Source: Candidatus Omnitrophota bacterium (GTDB lineage Bacteria; Omnitrophota; Gorgyraeia; Velamenicoccales; JABMQK01). Taken from it: 64,000 nt of DNA. Below the pieces are notes generated by a model. That model did not search any database, had not been told where the DNA came from, and saw only the letters and a program-made list of their open reading frames with translations. Where the stretch lies: NCBI GenBank assembly GCA_028711115.1, contig JAQTSV010000001.1:710032-774031 (forward strand), read 5' to 3'. Position 1 is the first letter of the stretch, and each line of letters begins with the position of its first letter. Shown here piece by piece: positions 9,670 through 18,750 of this stretch. Made by a program: the position numbers and the translations under genes.

Positions 9670-10716
9670 ATGGAATTAAGAGAATTATTATTACATACTA
9701 TTGAAAAGCAGGCTTCAGACCTGCATCTTACGGAAAATATGCCGCCGTTAATCCGTATAGACGGTAGGATTATTGCCACAAGTTCCCACAAACTTACACG
9801 CGATGATACCAAGAGGCTTATATATTCGGTTTTGAGCAGCGACCAGAAGGAGAAATTTGAGCAGGACTGGGAACTGGATTTATCTATTGCCCTGCCTGGG
9901 CTTGATCGTTTTCGTATGAATGTGCATATCCAGCGTGGTTGTGTGGAAGCTGCATTTCGCAGAATTCCGCTTTTAATTCCTTCATTGGATGAACTGGGCC
10001 TGCCGCGCATAGTATTGGAGCTTGCACGTAAACCCAATGGCTTAGTCTTGGTTACCGGTCCTACAGGCGTGGGTAAGACTACTACCTTAGCTGCGATGGT
10101 TGATTTGATCAATAGTGAAAGAGAAGATATTATTATTTCCATAGAAGATCCCATAGAATTTCTGCACTACAATAAGAAATGCGTAGTCAAGCAACGCGAA
10201 GTTTTTTCAGATACCAAGTCTTTTTCCGACGCATTAAAGCATGCCTTAAGGCAAGACCCCAACGTAATTATGGTGGGAGAGATGCGCGATTTGGAAACTA
10301 TATCTACTACGCTTACCGCAGCCGAGACAGGACATTTGGTTTTGGCAACTCTGCATACCCCGGATGCGCCACAGACCATAGAAAGAATCATAGATGTATT
10401 TCCTCCTAATCAGCAGCATCAGGTGAGATTGCAGCTCGCTGATTGCCTTCAGGGAGTTGTCTCGCAGCTGCTTTTACCCCGCGCAGACAACAAAGGAAGA
10501 GTCTTGGCAACAGAGGTAATGATTGCCACGCCGGCCATAAGAAATCTCATCAGAGAGCAGGAGATAGAACAGATTCCTACTTTGATGCAGACAGGCAGCC
10601 AATTCGGTATGCATACGATGGATAAATCCCTGAAGAAGCTTTATAAAGACGGAATCATCAGCATAGAGACTGCAACTTCAAAGGTCAAAAATCCCGAAGA
10701 ATTTAAATCGCTATGA
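9670..10716 (+). CDS. pilT: Type IV pilus retraction ATPase PilT family
   Basis: 348 aa; ASDLHL N-terminus, Walker A GPTGVGKTTT, Walker B VIMVGEMRD and the GHLVLATLHT His box. Confidence 0.9.
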   Translation: MELRELLLHTIEKQASDLHLTENMPPLIRIDGRIIATSSHKLTRDDTKRLIYSVLSSDQKEKFEQDWELDLSIALPGLDRFRMNVHIQRGCVEAAFRRIPLLIPSLDELGLPRIVLELARKPNGLVLVTGPTGVGKTTTLAAMVDLINSEREDIIISIEDPIEFLHYNKKCVVKQREVFSDTKSFSDALKHALRQDPNVIMVGEMRDLETISTTLTAAETGHLVLATLHTPDAPQTIERIIDVFPPNQQHQVRLQLADCLQGVVSQLLLPRADNKGRVLATEVMIATPAIRNLIREQEIEQIPTLMQTGSQFGMHTMDKSLKKLYKDGIISIETATSKVKNPEEFKSL

Positions 10717-11213
10717 TTTTAAAGGGTTTTTCTTATCTTTTGGGAGACGACGTAAATACCGACCTGATAATTTCCGGCCGGTATAAATTCTCGATTTCGG
10801 ACATAAAAGAATTATCCAAACATATTTTAGAGGATGTTGACCCTCAGTTTTATAGCCGTCTGAAACCAGGCGAATCTATACTGGTGGGAGGAAAAAACTT
10901 CGGCATGGGTTCTTCCCGTGAGCAGGCGCCGCTGGTTATAAAAGAAGCAGGCATTGTTTGCGTAGTGGCAAAGAGTTTCGCCAGGATTTTTTATCGCAAT
11001 GCCATAAATATCGGATTGCCGCTGGTGGAGGCAGATACATCAAATATTAAAGAGAAAGACCAGTTGAATATTGACTTGGAAAACGGAATCTTAAAGAATA
11101 TTACCCGCAATTACCAGGAAAAAATTTTACCTTTGCCGCAAGTAATGGTCAAACTTTTACTGGATGGCGGATTAGTCCAGCATTTTAAGAAATACGGAGA
11201 GATAAAGCTATAG
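10713..11213 (+). CDS. Aconitase-family dehydratase small subunit (LeuD/HacB type)
   Basis: 166 aa; [14 protein letters not shown] and [14 protein letters not shown] motifs. ATGA overlap with the pilT stop. Confidence 0.87.
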   Translation: MILKGFSYLLGDDVNTDLIISGRYKFSISDIKELSKHILEDVDPQFYSRLKPGESILVGGKNFGMGSSREQAPLVIKEAGIVCVVAKSFARIFYRNAINIGLPLVEADTSNIKEKDQLNIDLENGILKNITRNYQEKILPLPQVMVKLLLDGGLVQHFKKYGEIKL

Positions 11214-11216
11214 CCT

Positions 11217-12296
11217 ATGAAATATAAAATTACCTTAATTCCCGGAGACGGTACAGGCCCTGATGTTACTAAGGCAGCGGTGCGTTGCATTGAGGCAACC
11301 GGCGTTAACATAGAATGGGAAGAATTTCTGGCTGGCGAAGGCGCAATCGAAAAATACGGGACACCTTTGCCGCAAGATATAATAGCTTCTGTTAAAAAGA
11401 ATAAGATAGCCTTAAAAGGCCCCATCACGACTCCTATTGCCTCGGGTTTTCGTTCTGTGAATGTGGCTTTGCGCCAGAGTTTGGAATTATTTGCCTGCCT
11501 TCGTCCGGCAAAGTCGATAGAAGGCGTAATCTCACCGTATAAAAATATCGATTTGGTTATCATCCGTGAAAATAGTGAGGATTTATATGCGGGGATTGAA
11601 TTCGAAAAAGGCGCCAAAGATACAGAAAAATTGATATCTTTGATAAATAAATTAAGCGCAAAAAAAGTAAGAGAAGATTCGGGAATTTCCATAAAACCAA
11701 TTTCAGAATTTGCCTCCCGAAGGATTATAGATTTTGCTTTTAAATATGCAGCAGAAAATAACCGTAAGAAAGTTACGGTTGTGCATAAGGCAAACATAAT
11801 GAAATATACCGACGGATTATTCCTAAAAATCGCCAGAGACATCGCCTCAAAAAATAAAAATATCGGTTTTGAAGAGGCGATTGTGGATAATCTATGTATG
11901 CAGTTAGTGCTTCGGCCGCACAATTTTGATGTTTTGGTCCTGCCCAATCTTTACGGAGATATAATCTCGGATTTGTGCGCGGGCCTAATCGGCGGACTGG
12001 GTATTGCACCAGGCGCAAACATCGGTAAAGACTGCGCCTTGTTTGAACCGGTGCATGGCGCAGCACCGAAATACAAAGGCTTGAATAAAGTGAATCCCAC
12101 TGCCACCATACAGAGCGGTGTAATGATGTTACGCTATATAAATGAAGATAAGGCCGCAGATAAATTGGAGTCTGCTTTAAAAGAGGTAATCAAAGAAGGC
12201 AAGTTTGTGACATACGATTTAAAGAAAGACAGAAATGATCCTTCAGCCGTAGGCACGCAGCAAATGGCAGATGCAATTATAAAGAAGATGAAATAG
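11217..12296 (+). CDS. Isocitrate/isopropylmalate dehydrogenase family enzyme (IDH-like substrate loop)
   Basis: 359 aa; [28 protein letters not shown] and NLYGDIISD motifs. Confidence 0.88.
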   Translation: MKYKITLIPGDGTGPDVTKAAVRCIEATGVNIEWEEFLAGEGAIEKYGTPLPQDIIASVKKNKIALKGPITTPIASGFRSVNVALRQSLELFACLRPAKSIEGVISPYKNIDLVIIRENSEDLYAGIEFEKGAKDTEKLISLINKLSAKKVREDSGISIKPISEFASRRIIDFAFKYAAENNRKKVTVVHKANIMKYTDGLFLKIARDIASKNKNIGFEEAIVDNLCMQLVLRPHNFDVLVLPNLYGDIISDLCAGLIGGLGIAPGANIGKDCALFEPVHGAAPKYKGLNKVNPTATIQSGVMMLRYINEDKAADKLESALKEVIKEGKFVTYDLKKDRNDPSAVGTQQMADAIIKKMK

Positions 12297-12301
12297 CCAC
12301 C

Positions 12302-13228
12302 ATGAAAATATCCATAATCGGCGCTGGTAATGTTGGCGGTTTGACGGCGATGCGCATATTAGAACAAGGCATCGCCGAAGTTGTTTTGGTAGATGTTGTA
12401 AAAAACCTCTCCAGGGCAAAGGCATCTGATTTGGATGATGCCCGTTCTATTTCGGAACATAATAACGTAATTGAAGGCACAGAGGATTTTTCTCAGATAC
12501 GCGGCTCCGGTATAGTTGTAGTCACTGCAGGCCTGGCCAGAAAACCGGGAATGACCAGAGAAGACCTGCTTAAGAAAAATTACGAAATTGCCCAGTCAGT
12601 CAGCAAAAACATTAAGGAATTAGCTCCGGACTCCATAGTCATCGCCGTAAGCAATCCCGTGGATATTATGACTTATGTTTTATTAAAGGAGACGGGTTTT
12701 GATAAGAGGCGTGTTTTCGGCATGGGCGCAAATCTTGATGCATCGCGTTTTAATAATTTAATCAGCCAGAAATTAAATATCCCCAGCTCAAAAATAAATG
12801 CAATGGTTATAGGCACTCACGGCGAGGCAATGATTCCTCTGCCGAGGTTTAGCAAAATAAAAGGTAAGCCATTAGATAAAATATTAGGTAAAGATGAGGT
12901 CGATACATTGGTAAATTCAACAAAAAACAGAGGCGCTACCATTGTTTCTTTATACGGCTCGGGCAGCGCCTATTTTGCTCCCAGCGCCGCTATATTGGAA
13001 ATTTGCCGGGCAGTAATAAGAAATGAAAAAAGAATTATTCCTGTGTCAGCCTATCTGGACGGTGAATATGGCGTTTCTGATATTTGTATCGGCGTACCAG
13101 CAAGATTAGATAAAAATGGTATAAATCAGATTATAGAACTGGATTTAAATCCGCAGGAAAAGGAATTATTTTTACAGTCAGTTAATTCCGTAAAACAAAG
13201 CATCAATATAATTTATCCGGTTAAATAA
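12302..13228 (+). CDS. mdh: Malate dehydrogenase (LDH-like family)
   Basis: IIGAGNVGG Rossmann motif. GLARKPGMTRED has the Arg typical of MDH rather than LDH. Confidence 0.88.
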   Translation: MKISIIGAGNVGGLTAMRILEQGIAEVVLVDVVKNLSRAKASDLDDARSISEHNNVIEGTEDFSQIRGSGIVVVTAGLARKPGMTREDLLKKNYEIAQSVSKNIKELAPDSIVIAVSNPVDIMTYVLLKETGFDKRRVFGMGANLDASRFNNLISQKLNIPSSKINAMVIGTHGEAMIPLPRFSKIKGKPLDKILGKDEVDTLVNSTKNRGATIVSLYGSGSAYFAPSAAILEICRAVIRNEKRIIPVSAYLDGEYGVSDICIGVPARLDKNGINQIIELDLNPQEKELFLQSVNSVKQSINIIYPVK

Positions 13229-13229
13229 T

Positions 13230-14501
13230 ATGGAAACTTATGATTTAGTTATTATTGGCGGTGGTTGGGCAGGATTTAATGCTGCGCTGGAAGCAAAAAA
13301 ACTGGAAAAAAAAGTTTGCTTAATAGAATGCAGCCAAATCGGCGGCACCTGCCTTAATCAAGGTTGTATACCCACAAAGGTTCTGACAAATTTTGCAAAA
13401 AAGACTTCCGGCGGTTTATCGCAGGGCCTGTCTTTGTTCAAAAAAGAAAAAGAAAACACCGTATCCACGTTAAAAAATGGGATGGAATTTATGCTTAAGT
13501 CCCAGAAGATAGATTTTATCCGGGGGACGGCAAAGATTATTTCCCAGGATAAAGTACTTATTAAAGAAGAAAAAGAAGAAATCGGAGCAAAGTTTATTTT
13601 AATAGCCACAGGTTCAAGACCAAAAGACCTGCCGTTTTTAAAGTTCGACCACAAGCGCATTCTATCCAGCGATGATATTCTGGAATTGGATTCTTTGCCC
13701 GGCAATTTACTGATAGTGGGCGGCGGGGTTATCGGTTGTGAATTTGCCTGCGCCCTGAATAAATTGGGCAGCAAAGTTACCATCGCAGAAATTCTGGACA
13801 GACTGGTATTTATGTTTGACAAAGATATTTCGCAGAAATTAGAGCAGGTTTTCAAAAAACTAGCCATAACAGTAAACACCGGATATGATATTAAAGATAA
13901 AGATTTAAGTTCATATGATAAGATACTGCTTTGCGTGGGCAGAGAGGTAAATTTCAATGAGCTATTTGAATCAAAAGCTGGCGTAGAGACTGATAAAAAC
14001 GGTTTTATCAGAGTCGACGATAAATTAAAGACGTCAGTTTCCCGTATCTACGCAGCAGGCGATTGCACCGGCGGACTTCAGCTTGCCCATGTTGCCAGCT
14101 ATGAAGGAAGAATGGCGGTAAACAATATGTTTGGCAAGCCCAGAAGCGTTGATTATTCTGCGGTGCCGAGTTCTGTGTTTACCAATCCTGAATTGGCGCA
14201 GGTTGGTATGAACCAAGAAGAAGCCAGAAACAAAGTCAAAAATACAAAGATTATTAAGAAATTCTTTTTATCCGTCGGTATGGCGCACATAATTAAGGAG
14301 ACAGACGGTTTCCTTAAGCTGATTATAGACAGCGATAACAATACCATATTAGGAGCCGGTATTATAGGGCCGCAGGCCACTGAGCTGATCAATACTTTAA
14401 CTGTGGCTATAAAATATAAACTTACCTTAGATGATCTCAAGGATTTAATTTTCGCCCACCCCAGTATCTCTGAAATTTTTACAGAGACAATCCAATCTTA
14501 A
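13230..14501 (+). CDS. Dihydrolipoyl dehydrogenase-like pyridine nucleotide-disulfide oxidoreductase
   Basis: 423 aa; GGGWAG FAD motif, redox-active GGTCLNQGCIPTK and a C-terminal HPSISE. Confidence 0.82.
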   Translation: METYDLVIIGGGWAGFNAALEAKKLEKKVCLIECSQIGGTCLNQGCIPTKVLTNFAKKTSGGLSQGLSLFKKEKENTVSTLKNGMEFMLKSQKIDFIRGTAKIISQDKVLIKEEKEEIGAKFILIATGSRPKDLPFLKFDHKRILSSDDILELDSLPGNLLIVGGGVIGCEFACALNKLGSKVTIAEILDRLVFMFDKDISQKLEQVFKKLAITVNTGYDIKDKDLSSYDKILLCVGREVNFNELFESKAGVETDKNGFIRVDDKLKTSVSRIYAAGDCTGGLQLAHVASYEGRMAVNNMFGKPRSVDYSAVPSSVFTNPELAQVGMNQEEARNKVKNTKIIKKFFLSVGMAHIIKETDGFLKLIIDSDNNTILGAGIIGPQATELINTLTVAIKYKLTLDDLKDLIFAHPSISEIFTETIQS

Positions 14502-15164
14502 ATGTATTTATCCGTTATTGATTTAGGCAGGGTTTCCTTTAAAGAGGCATTTTGGAGACAAATCCAGCTTCACAGGGAAATTTTAGAGGACGATGCCTGC
14601 CGCAGCCACACAATTATTTTGTGTGAACATCCTCATACAATCACCACAGGCAAGAAAGTCAATGCAGAGAATCTCCTGGACTACAAATTTATTAAAGATA
14701 ATAATGTTGATTTTGTGGTGGGAATAAACAGAGGTGGCGATATAACCTATCACGGCCCGGGGCAACTCATGGGTTATTTGATATTCGATTTAAGAAAGCT
14801 CAACAGAAATCTGGGCGGCTTTTTAAATAAAATAGAAGATGTGATTATTAAAACCATTACTGCATTTAATATATCCACATACACCAAGAGCGGTTTTCGC
14901 GGCATCTGGGTAAATGAACAAAAAATAGCTTCCATAGGTATCGGCGTGGATAGATGGGTTAGCCTCCACGGATTTGGTTTAAACGTCAGTACTGATTTAA
15001 GTTTCTTTGATATAATCAAGCCTTGCGGAATGGATATAAAGATGACATCTATGAAAGAACAATTAGCCAGACAAGTCGACATAAATCTAGTTAAGGAAGA
15101 ATTAGTAAGGCAGGTATGCGATATTTTTAAATTAGAATCTTCAAGAGAGCATGCGTTTGTATGA
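14502..15164 (+). CDS. lipB: Octanoyltransferase (lipoyl(octanoyl) transferase)
   Basis: 220 aa; RGGDITYHGPGQL and the PCGM catalytic Cys region. Confidence 0.88.
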   Translation: MYLSVIDLGRVSFKEAFWRQIQLHREILEDDACRSHTIILCEHPHTITTGKKVNAENLLDYKFIKDNNVDFVVGINRGGDITYHGPGQLMGYLIFDLRKLNRNLGGFLNKIEDVIIKTITAFNISTYTKSGFRGIWVNEQKIASIGIGVDRWVSLHGFGLNVSTDLSFFDIIKPCGMDIKMTSMKEQLARQVDINLVKEELVRQVCDIFKLESSREHAFV

Positions 15165-15190
15165 TATCAGTATTTAGAAAGGGGTAAAAT

Positions 15191-15421
15191 ATGGCCAGTG
15201 TAGTTTTACCGGAATTAGGAGAAGGTATTGAAAAAGCAACAGTTTCATATTGGCATTTTGAAGTAGGCAAGGAAGTAAAAGAAGGAGACGAATTAGTGGA
15301 AATGGCCACTGATAAAGCAGTTTTCAATGTTCCGTCCCCAATTACAGGCATATTACAGGAAAAATTAGTAGAAGAGGGTAAAGAAGTAAAAGTAGGCGAA
15401 GCCCTGGCAGTTATTGAATAA
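15191..15421 (+). CDS. Stand-alone E2-type lipoyl-attachment domain protein (76 aa)
   Basis: PELGEGI and the MATDKA lipoyl-lysine motif. No catalytic E2 domain is attached. Confidence 0.8.
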   Translation: MASVVLPELGEGIEKATVSYWHFEVGKEVKEGDELVEMATDKAVFNVPSPITGILQEKLVEEGKEVKVGEALAVIE

Positions 15422-15571
15422 GAATAATCAATAAAACCTGCAATACAACTATATATTATCTTATATAATCATATCAAATAAATCTTACCTATATTTTTAG
15501 TCTCCTTCCAAGTTTTGTTCGTAATTCTAACCTTTTAATTCTGATCCGTATAAATCAAAAAAAGAATTTTC

Positions 15572-15600
15572 TTGACAATAGATACCTTTAGATATATATT
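15572..15600 (+). promoter_or_regulatory. Sigma70-like promoter TTGACA-17-TATATT, followed by three ATTGT repeats (15608, 15615, 15625)
   Basis: TTGACA at 15572-15577, a 17-nt spacer and TATATT at 15595-15600, about 55 nt upstream of ATG 15657. Confidence 0.55.
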
Positions 15601-15656
15601 TATAGATATTGTAGATTGTGTAGGATTGTATTTAATTTGAGCTGGGAGGGAAGTTT

Positions 15657-15896
15657 ATGGCCAAGAAAACCAAAGAAATTTTGAATGCAAAAGACGTAGC
15701 TGATTACCTGAATGTGCATCTATTTACAGTACATAAATATGCACGTGAAGGTAGGATTCCTGCATTCAAAATCGGGGCTGATTGGCGTTTCCACCGTAAA
15801 TCCATAGAAAAATGGATTAAGGAGAAAGAGCAGAGCAATGTGGAAACAGGCAATTCAGCCAAGCAGAAAAAAGAAGCCGGACTCTTTAAAAGTTAA
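15657..15896 (+). CDS. Excisionase-family (MerR-superfamily) helix-turn-helix DNA-binding protein
   Basis: LNAKDVADYLNVHLFTVHKYAREGRIPAFKIGADWRF resembles the excisionase-type HTH pattern. Confidence 0.7.
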   Translation: MAKKTKEILNAKDVADYLNVHLFTVHKYAREGRIPAFKIGADWRFHRKSIEKWIKEKEQSNVETGNSAKQKKEAGLFKS

Positions 15897-15921
15897 TCTT
15901 AGCTAGAGGCACTTACAATAT

Positions 15922-17172
15922 ATGAAACCAGCAAAAAAGAGAATCGTTATAACAGGCATAGGTATAATTACTTCCAACGGCATAGGTAAAGATGAATTCT
16001 GGAAGAATTTAGAGAAAGGCGTTTCCGGAATTAAACAAGTCAGCCTATTTGATACAGGCAATTTAAAAACACACACAACCGGCGAAATAAAGGATTTCGA
16101 TGCCGCAAAATACCTGGGGGAAAAAGGTTTACGTTTGTTGGATCGCACTACCAAAATTGTCAATGTGGCAGCAAAATTTGCTTTAGATGATGCAAATTTA
16201 AAAATAGATGAGTCCAACACAAATGAGGTAGGCGTGGTTTTAGGCACGACATTAGGAAGCGTCTGGAGTATAAGCGAATTTGATAAAACTTCTTTAAGGG
16301 AAGGCCCGCGCGGCGTAAATCCGGCGCTGTTTCCCAACACAGTAATCAATTCTCCGGCCAGCCAGATTTCAATCCGTTTTGTCATAAAGGGATTTAATAC
16401 TACCATCGCCACAGGTTTTACGGCAAGCCTGGATGCTTTACGCTATGCCTGTGATTTTATTCAGCTAAACCGCGCAAAGGCAGTAGTGGTTGGCGGCGTG
16501 GAAGAATTATGCATCCAGACATATCTGGGTTTTTATAAATTAAAATTTTTAGCCGGTTCCAAAGATTCGGATTTGGAGTTGTCTTGTCCTTTTGATAAAC
16601 GAAGAAATGGTATTATTTTTGGCGAAGGCGCTTCTATGGTTGTGATTGAGGATTTGGAGAGCGCCCAAGCCAGAGGCGCAAAAATATATGCAGAGATTTT
16701 GAGTTTCGGGTCTTATTTTGACCCGTACAGGATTAATAAATATAATCGCCTCGGCCCAGGCATACGCGCAGCCATGCGTTCAGCTTTGGAAAATGCACAG
16801 TTAACGCCACGGAATATTGATTATATCTGTGCAAATGCAAATTCCACAAAAGAGGCAGATTTGATTGAGGCCGAGGCGATTAAGGATGTTTTTGGCGACC
16901 AGGCAAAAAAGGTGCCTGTAAGCTCAATAAAGTCAATGGTTGGCGAATCATTCAGCGCCTGTGGCGCGTTGTCTTTAGCTGCTTCTCTGGGGGCGATAGA
17001 AAATAAATTTATTCCTCCTACGATAAATTATAAAGAGCCTGATGCAGAGTGCGACTTGGATATCGTGGCGAATAAATCCAGAAAGAAAGAATTAAAGAGC
17101 GTATTGATTAATACATTCGGCCCAAGCGGGACGAATACGTGTGCAATAATAGGAAAGTTCAGTAAAAATTGA
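15922..17172 (+). CDS. Beta-ketoacyl synthase-like protein lacking the Cys-His-His triad (chain-length-factor-like partner)
   Basis: Thiolase-fold KS of 416 aa. By hand alignment to FabF motifs, IATGFTAS replaces IATACTSG, CANANST replaces NAHGTST, and KSMVGES replaces KSMTGH. Confidence 0.85.
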   Translation: MKPAKKRIVITGIGIITSNGIGKDEFWKNLEKGVSGIKQVSLFDTGNLKTHTTGEIKDFDAAKYLGEKGLRLLDRTTKIVNVAAKFALDDANLKIDESNTNEVGVVLGTTLGSVWSISEFDKTSLREGPRGVNPALFPNTVINSPASQISIRFVIKGFNTTIATGFTASLDALRYACDFIQLNRAKAVVVGGVEELCIQTYLGFYKLKFLAGSKDSDLELSCPFDKRRNGIIFGEGASMVVIEDLESAQARGAKIYAEILSFGSYFDPYRINKYNRLGPGIRAAMRSALENAQLTPRNIDYICANANSTKEADLIEAEAIKDVFGDQAKKVPVSSIKSMVGESFSACGALSLAASLGAIENKFIPPTINYKEPDAECDLDIVANKSRKKELKSVLINTFGPSGTNTCAIIGKFSKN

Positions 17173-17184
17173 GCTTTTAATTTT

Positions 17185-17925
17185 ATGTTAAAAAATAAAA
17201 TCGCAATAGTCACTGGCGGAACACGCGGAATAGGCAGGGCAATTGTATTGGCTTTGGCAAAACAAGGTGTAAAGGTGGCATTTAATTATTTAAAGAGCGA
17301 TAAGGAGGCAAAAGAAGTTCTTAAAGAAGTCAGTGATTTGGGTTCCGAGGCATTGAGTTTTAAATTTGACGTGCGGGATTTTAATTTAGCCAAAGAGTTC
17401 GTCGAGAAAGTAAAAGAATATTTCGGAGGATTAGATATATTGGTTAATAATGCAGGTATAATCAAAGATAAGGCGCTTATGTTAATGGAAGAAAATGACT
17501 GGCGCGAGGTTATTGATACCGACCTTACGGGTTATTTTAATTTAACCCGGGCCTGTATCGTGGGATTATTGAAACAGAAATCAGGAAACATTGTAAATAT
17601 TACCTCAGATAGCGGTGTTAGTGGTACTTCCAGGCAGACAAATTATTCTGCTGCCAAGGCCGGGATAATCGGTTTTACCAAATCTCTGGCAAAAGAAGTG
17701 GCAGGTTACAATATCAGGGTAAATGCCGTGGCAGCAGGTTTTATTGATACACAGATGACACAGAATCTAAAACCAGATTATAAAGAAAAATTAAAATCCT
17801 TGATTCCTAAAGGTGAATTTGGCAAACCGCAGGATGTGGCTGGTGCGGTTTTATTTTTGCTTAGCGATGCAGCAGATTACATTACAGGCCAGGTATTACG
17901 TGTAGATGGCGGAATGGTAATGTAG
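17185..17925 (+). CDS. 3-oxoacyl-ACP reductase (SDR, FabG-like)
   Basis: TGGTRGIGRA, NNAG and YSAAKAG motifs. Confidence 0.9.
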   Translation: MLKNKIAIVTGGTRGIGRAIVLALAKQGVKVAFNYLKSDKEAKEVLKEVSDLGSEALSFKFDVRDFNLAKEFVEKVKEYFGGLDILVNNAGIIKDKALMLMEENDWREVIDTDLTGYFNLTRACIVGLLKQKSGNIVNITSDSGVSGTSRQTNYSAAKAGIIGFTKSLAKEVAGYNIRVNAVAAGFIDTQMTQNLKPDYKEKLKSLIPKGEFGKPQDVAGAVLFLLSDAADYITGQVLRVDGGMVM

Positions 17926-17937
17926 GAGGAGGAGACA

Positions 17938-18180
17938 ATGCCGAATATTGAACAGGAAATTCGTGAGATAATTGCAGAGATTATCGAGAAAAAGCCCGAA
18001 ACGATAACTGGCGACGCTAATTTGTTTGAAGATTTGGGTGCGGATTCAATGATGGCGCTGGAGATTCTGGCTGCGCTTGAGAAAAAATATAAAGTCGTTA
18101 TTCCCGAAGACAAACTTACGCAATTGACGTCATTACGTAAAATTATGGAGCTGGTGGAAACCTTAAAGAAAAAAAGGTAG
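17938..18180 (+). CDS. Acyl carrier protein (specialised, basic C-terminus)
   Basis: 80 aa; phosphopantetheine site LGADSM and a KKKR C-terminal end. Confidence 0.85.
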   Translation: MPNIEQEIREIIAEIIEKKPETITGDANLFEDLGADSMMALEILAALEKKYKVVIPEDKLTQLTSLRKIMELVETLKKKR

Positions 18181-18190
18181 GTGCCAATAT

Positions 18191-18652
18191 ATGGAAAATC
18201 AAATCTTGGAGATTGAAGATTTAAAAAGGATACTTCCTCAGAGGTATCCTTTTTTAATGATTGACAGAGTGATTTACTCGGGCCAGGACAAAGTTGTGGC
18301 CTTAAAGAACGTGAGTGTTAACGAAGGATTTTTCGAAGGGCACTTTCCCGACGAGAAAGTTATGCCGGGCGTATTGATTATTGAAGCAATAGCCCAAACA
18401 GGGATTGTTTTGGTCCATAACGTTAAGTCTAAGGAAAAGAAGATAGACAAAGATAAAAAGCGTATTTATTTTTTAGGCGGAATTAATAAAGTAAGATTTT
18501 TCCAGCCGGTCAAACCCGGCGATCAGCTAAAGATTGAGGTAAAACCCGTAAAGCTCATCTCAAATATTGGTATGATTTGCGGAGAGGTTTTTGTCAAAGA
18601 CAAGAAAGTCGCGCAAGCGGAATTGTCGTTTAGCATGAAAGAAATCGATTAA
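18191..18652 (+). CDS. 3-hydroxyacyl-ACP dehydratase (FabZ-like hotdog)
   Basis: RYPFLMIDRV, HFPDEKVMPGVL and IEAIAQ motifs. Confidence 0.9.
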   Translation: MENQILEIEDLKRILPQRYPFLMIDRVIYSGQDKVVALKNVSVNEGFFEGHFPDEKVMPGVLIIEAIAQTGIVLVHNVKSKEKKIDKDKKRIYFLGGINKVRFFQPVKPGDQLKIEVKPVKLISNIGMICGEVFVKDKKVAQAELSFSMKEID

Positions 18653-18679
18653 AAAGTTAATGGAAAGTCCGATTTAAAC

Positions 18680-18740
18680 GTAACCAAAAGTAACTTATGG
18701 TAACAAAAAATAGTTTTGCGAATTAGTAACCCATAGTAAT
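18680..18740. repeat. Helically phased GTAAC/GTAAT pentamer array in the fabZ-like/KS intergenic gap
   Basis: GTAAC at 18680, 18690, 18700 and 18726, and GTAAT at 18736 (indexed by hand). The spacing is 10 bp within each subgroup. Confidence 0.5.
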
Positions 18741-18750
18741 TTTTAAAACA

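Noticed and set aside
9630-10154. 174-aa minus-strand ORF overlapping pilT
   Set aside because: It is antisense to a PilT gene with intact Walker motifs, and its composition is not protein-like.
11111-11947. 278-aa minus-strand ORF
   Set aside because: It is antisense to a clearly recognisable IDH-family gene and has no recognisable motifs. Long antisense ORFs are expected by chance.
13358-13957. 199-aa minus-strand ORF inside the E3-like gene
   Set aside because: It is antisense to a flavoprotein with FAD and redox-disulfide motifs, and it carries no motifs of its own.
15903-16412. 169-aa minus-strand ORF at the start of the KS-like gene
   Set aside because: The plus-strand thiolase-fold protein explains the region, and the ORF's start lies inside that gene.
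18662-18704. GGAAAGTCCG followed by several GTAAC, reminiscent of RNase P RNA conserved regions
   Set aside because: Only 98 nt are available, between two well-defined genes of one operon. That is far too short for RNase P RNA, and none of the pairing partners are present. I treat it as a protein-binding repeat instead.
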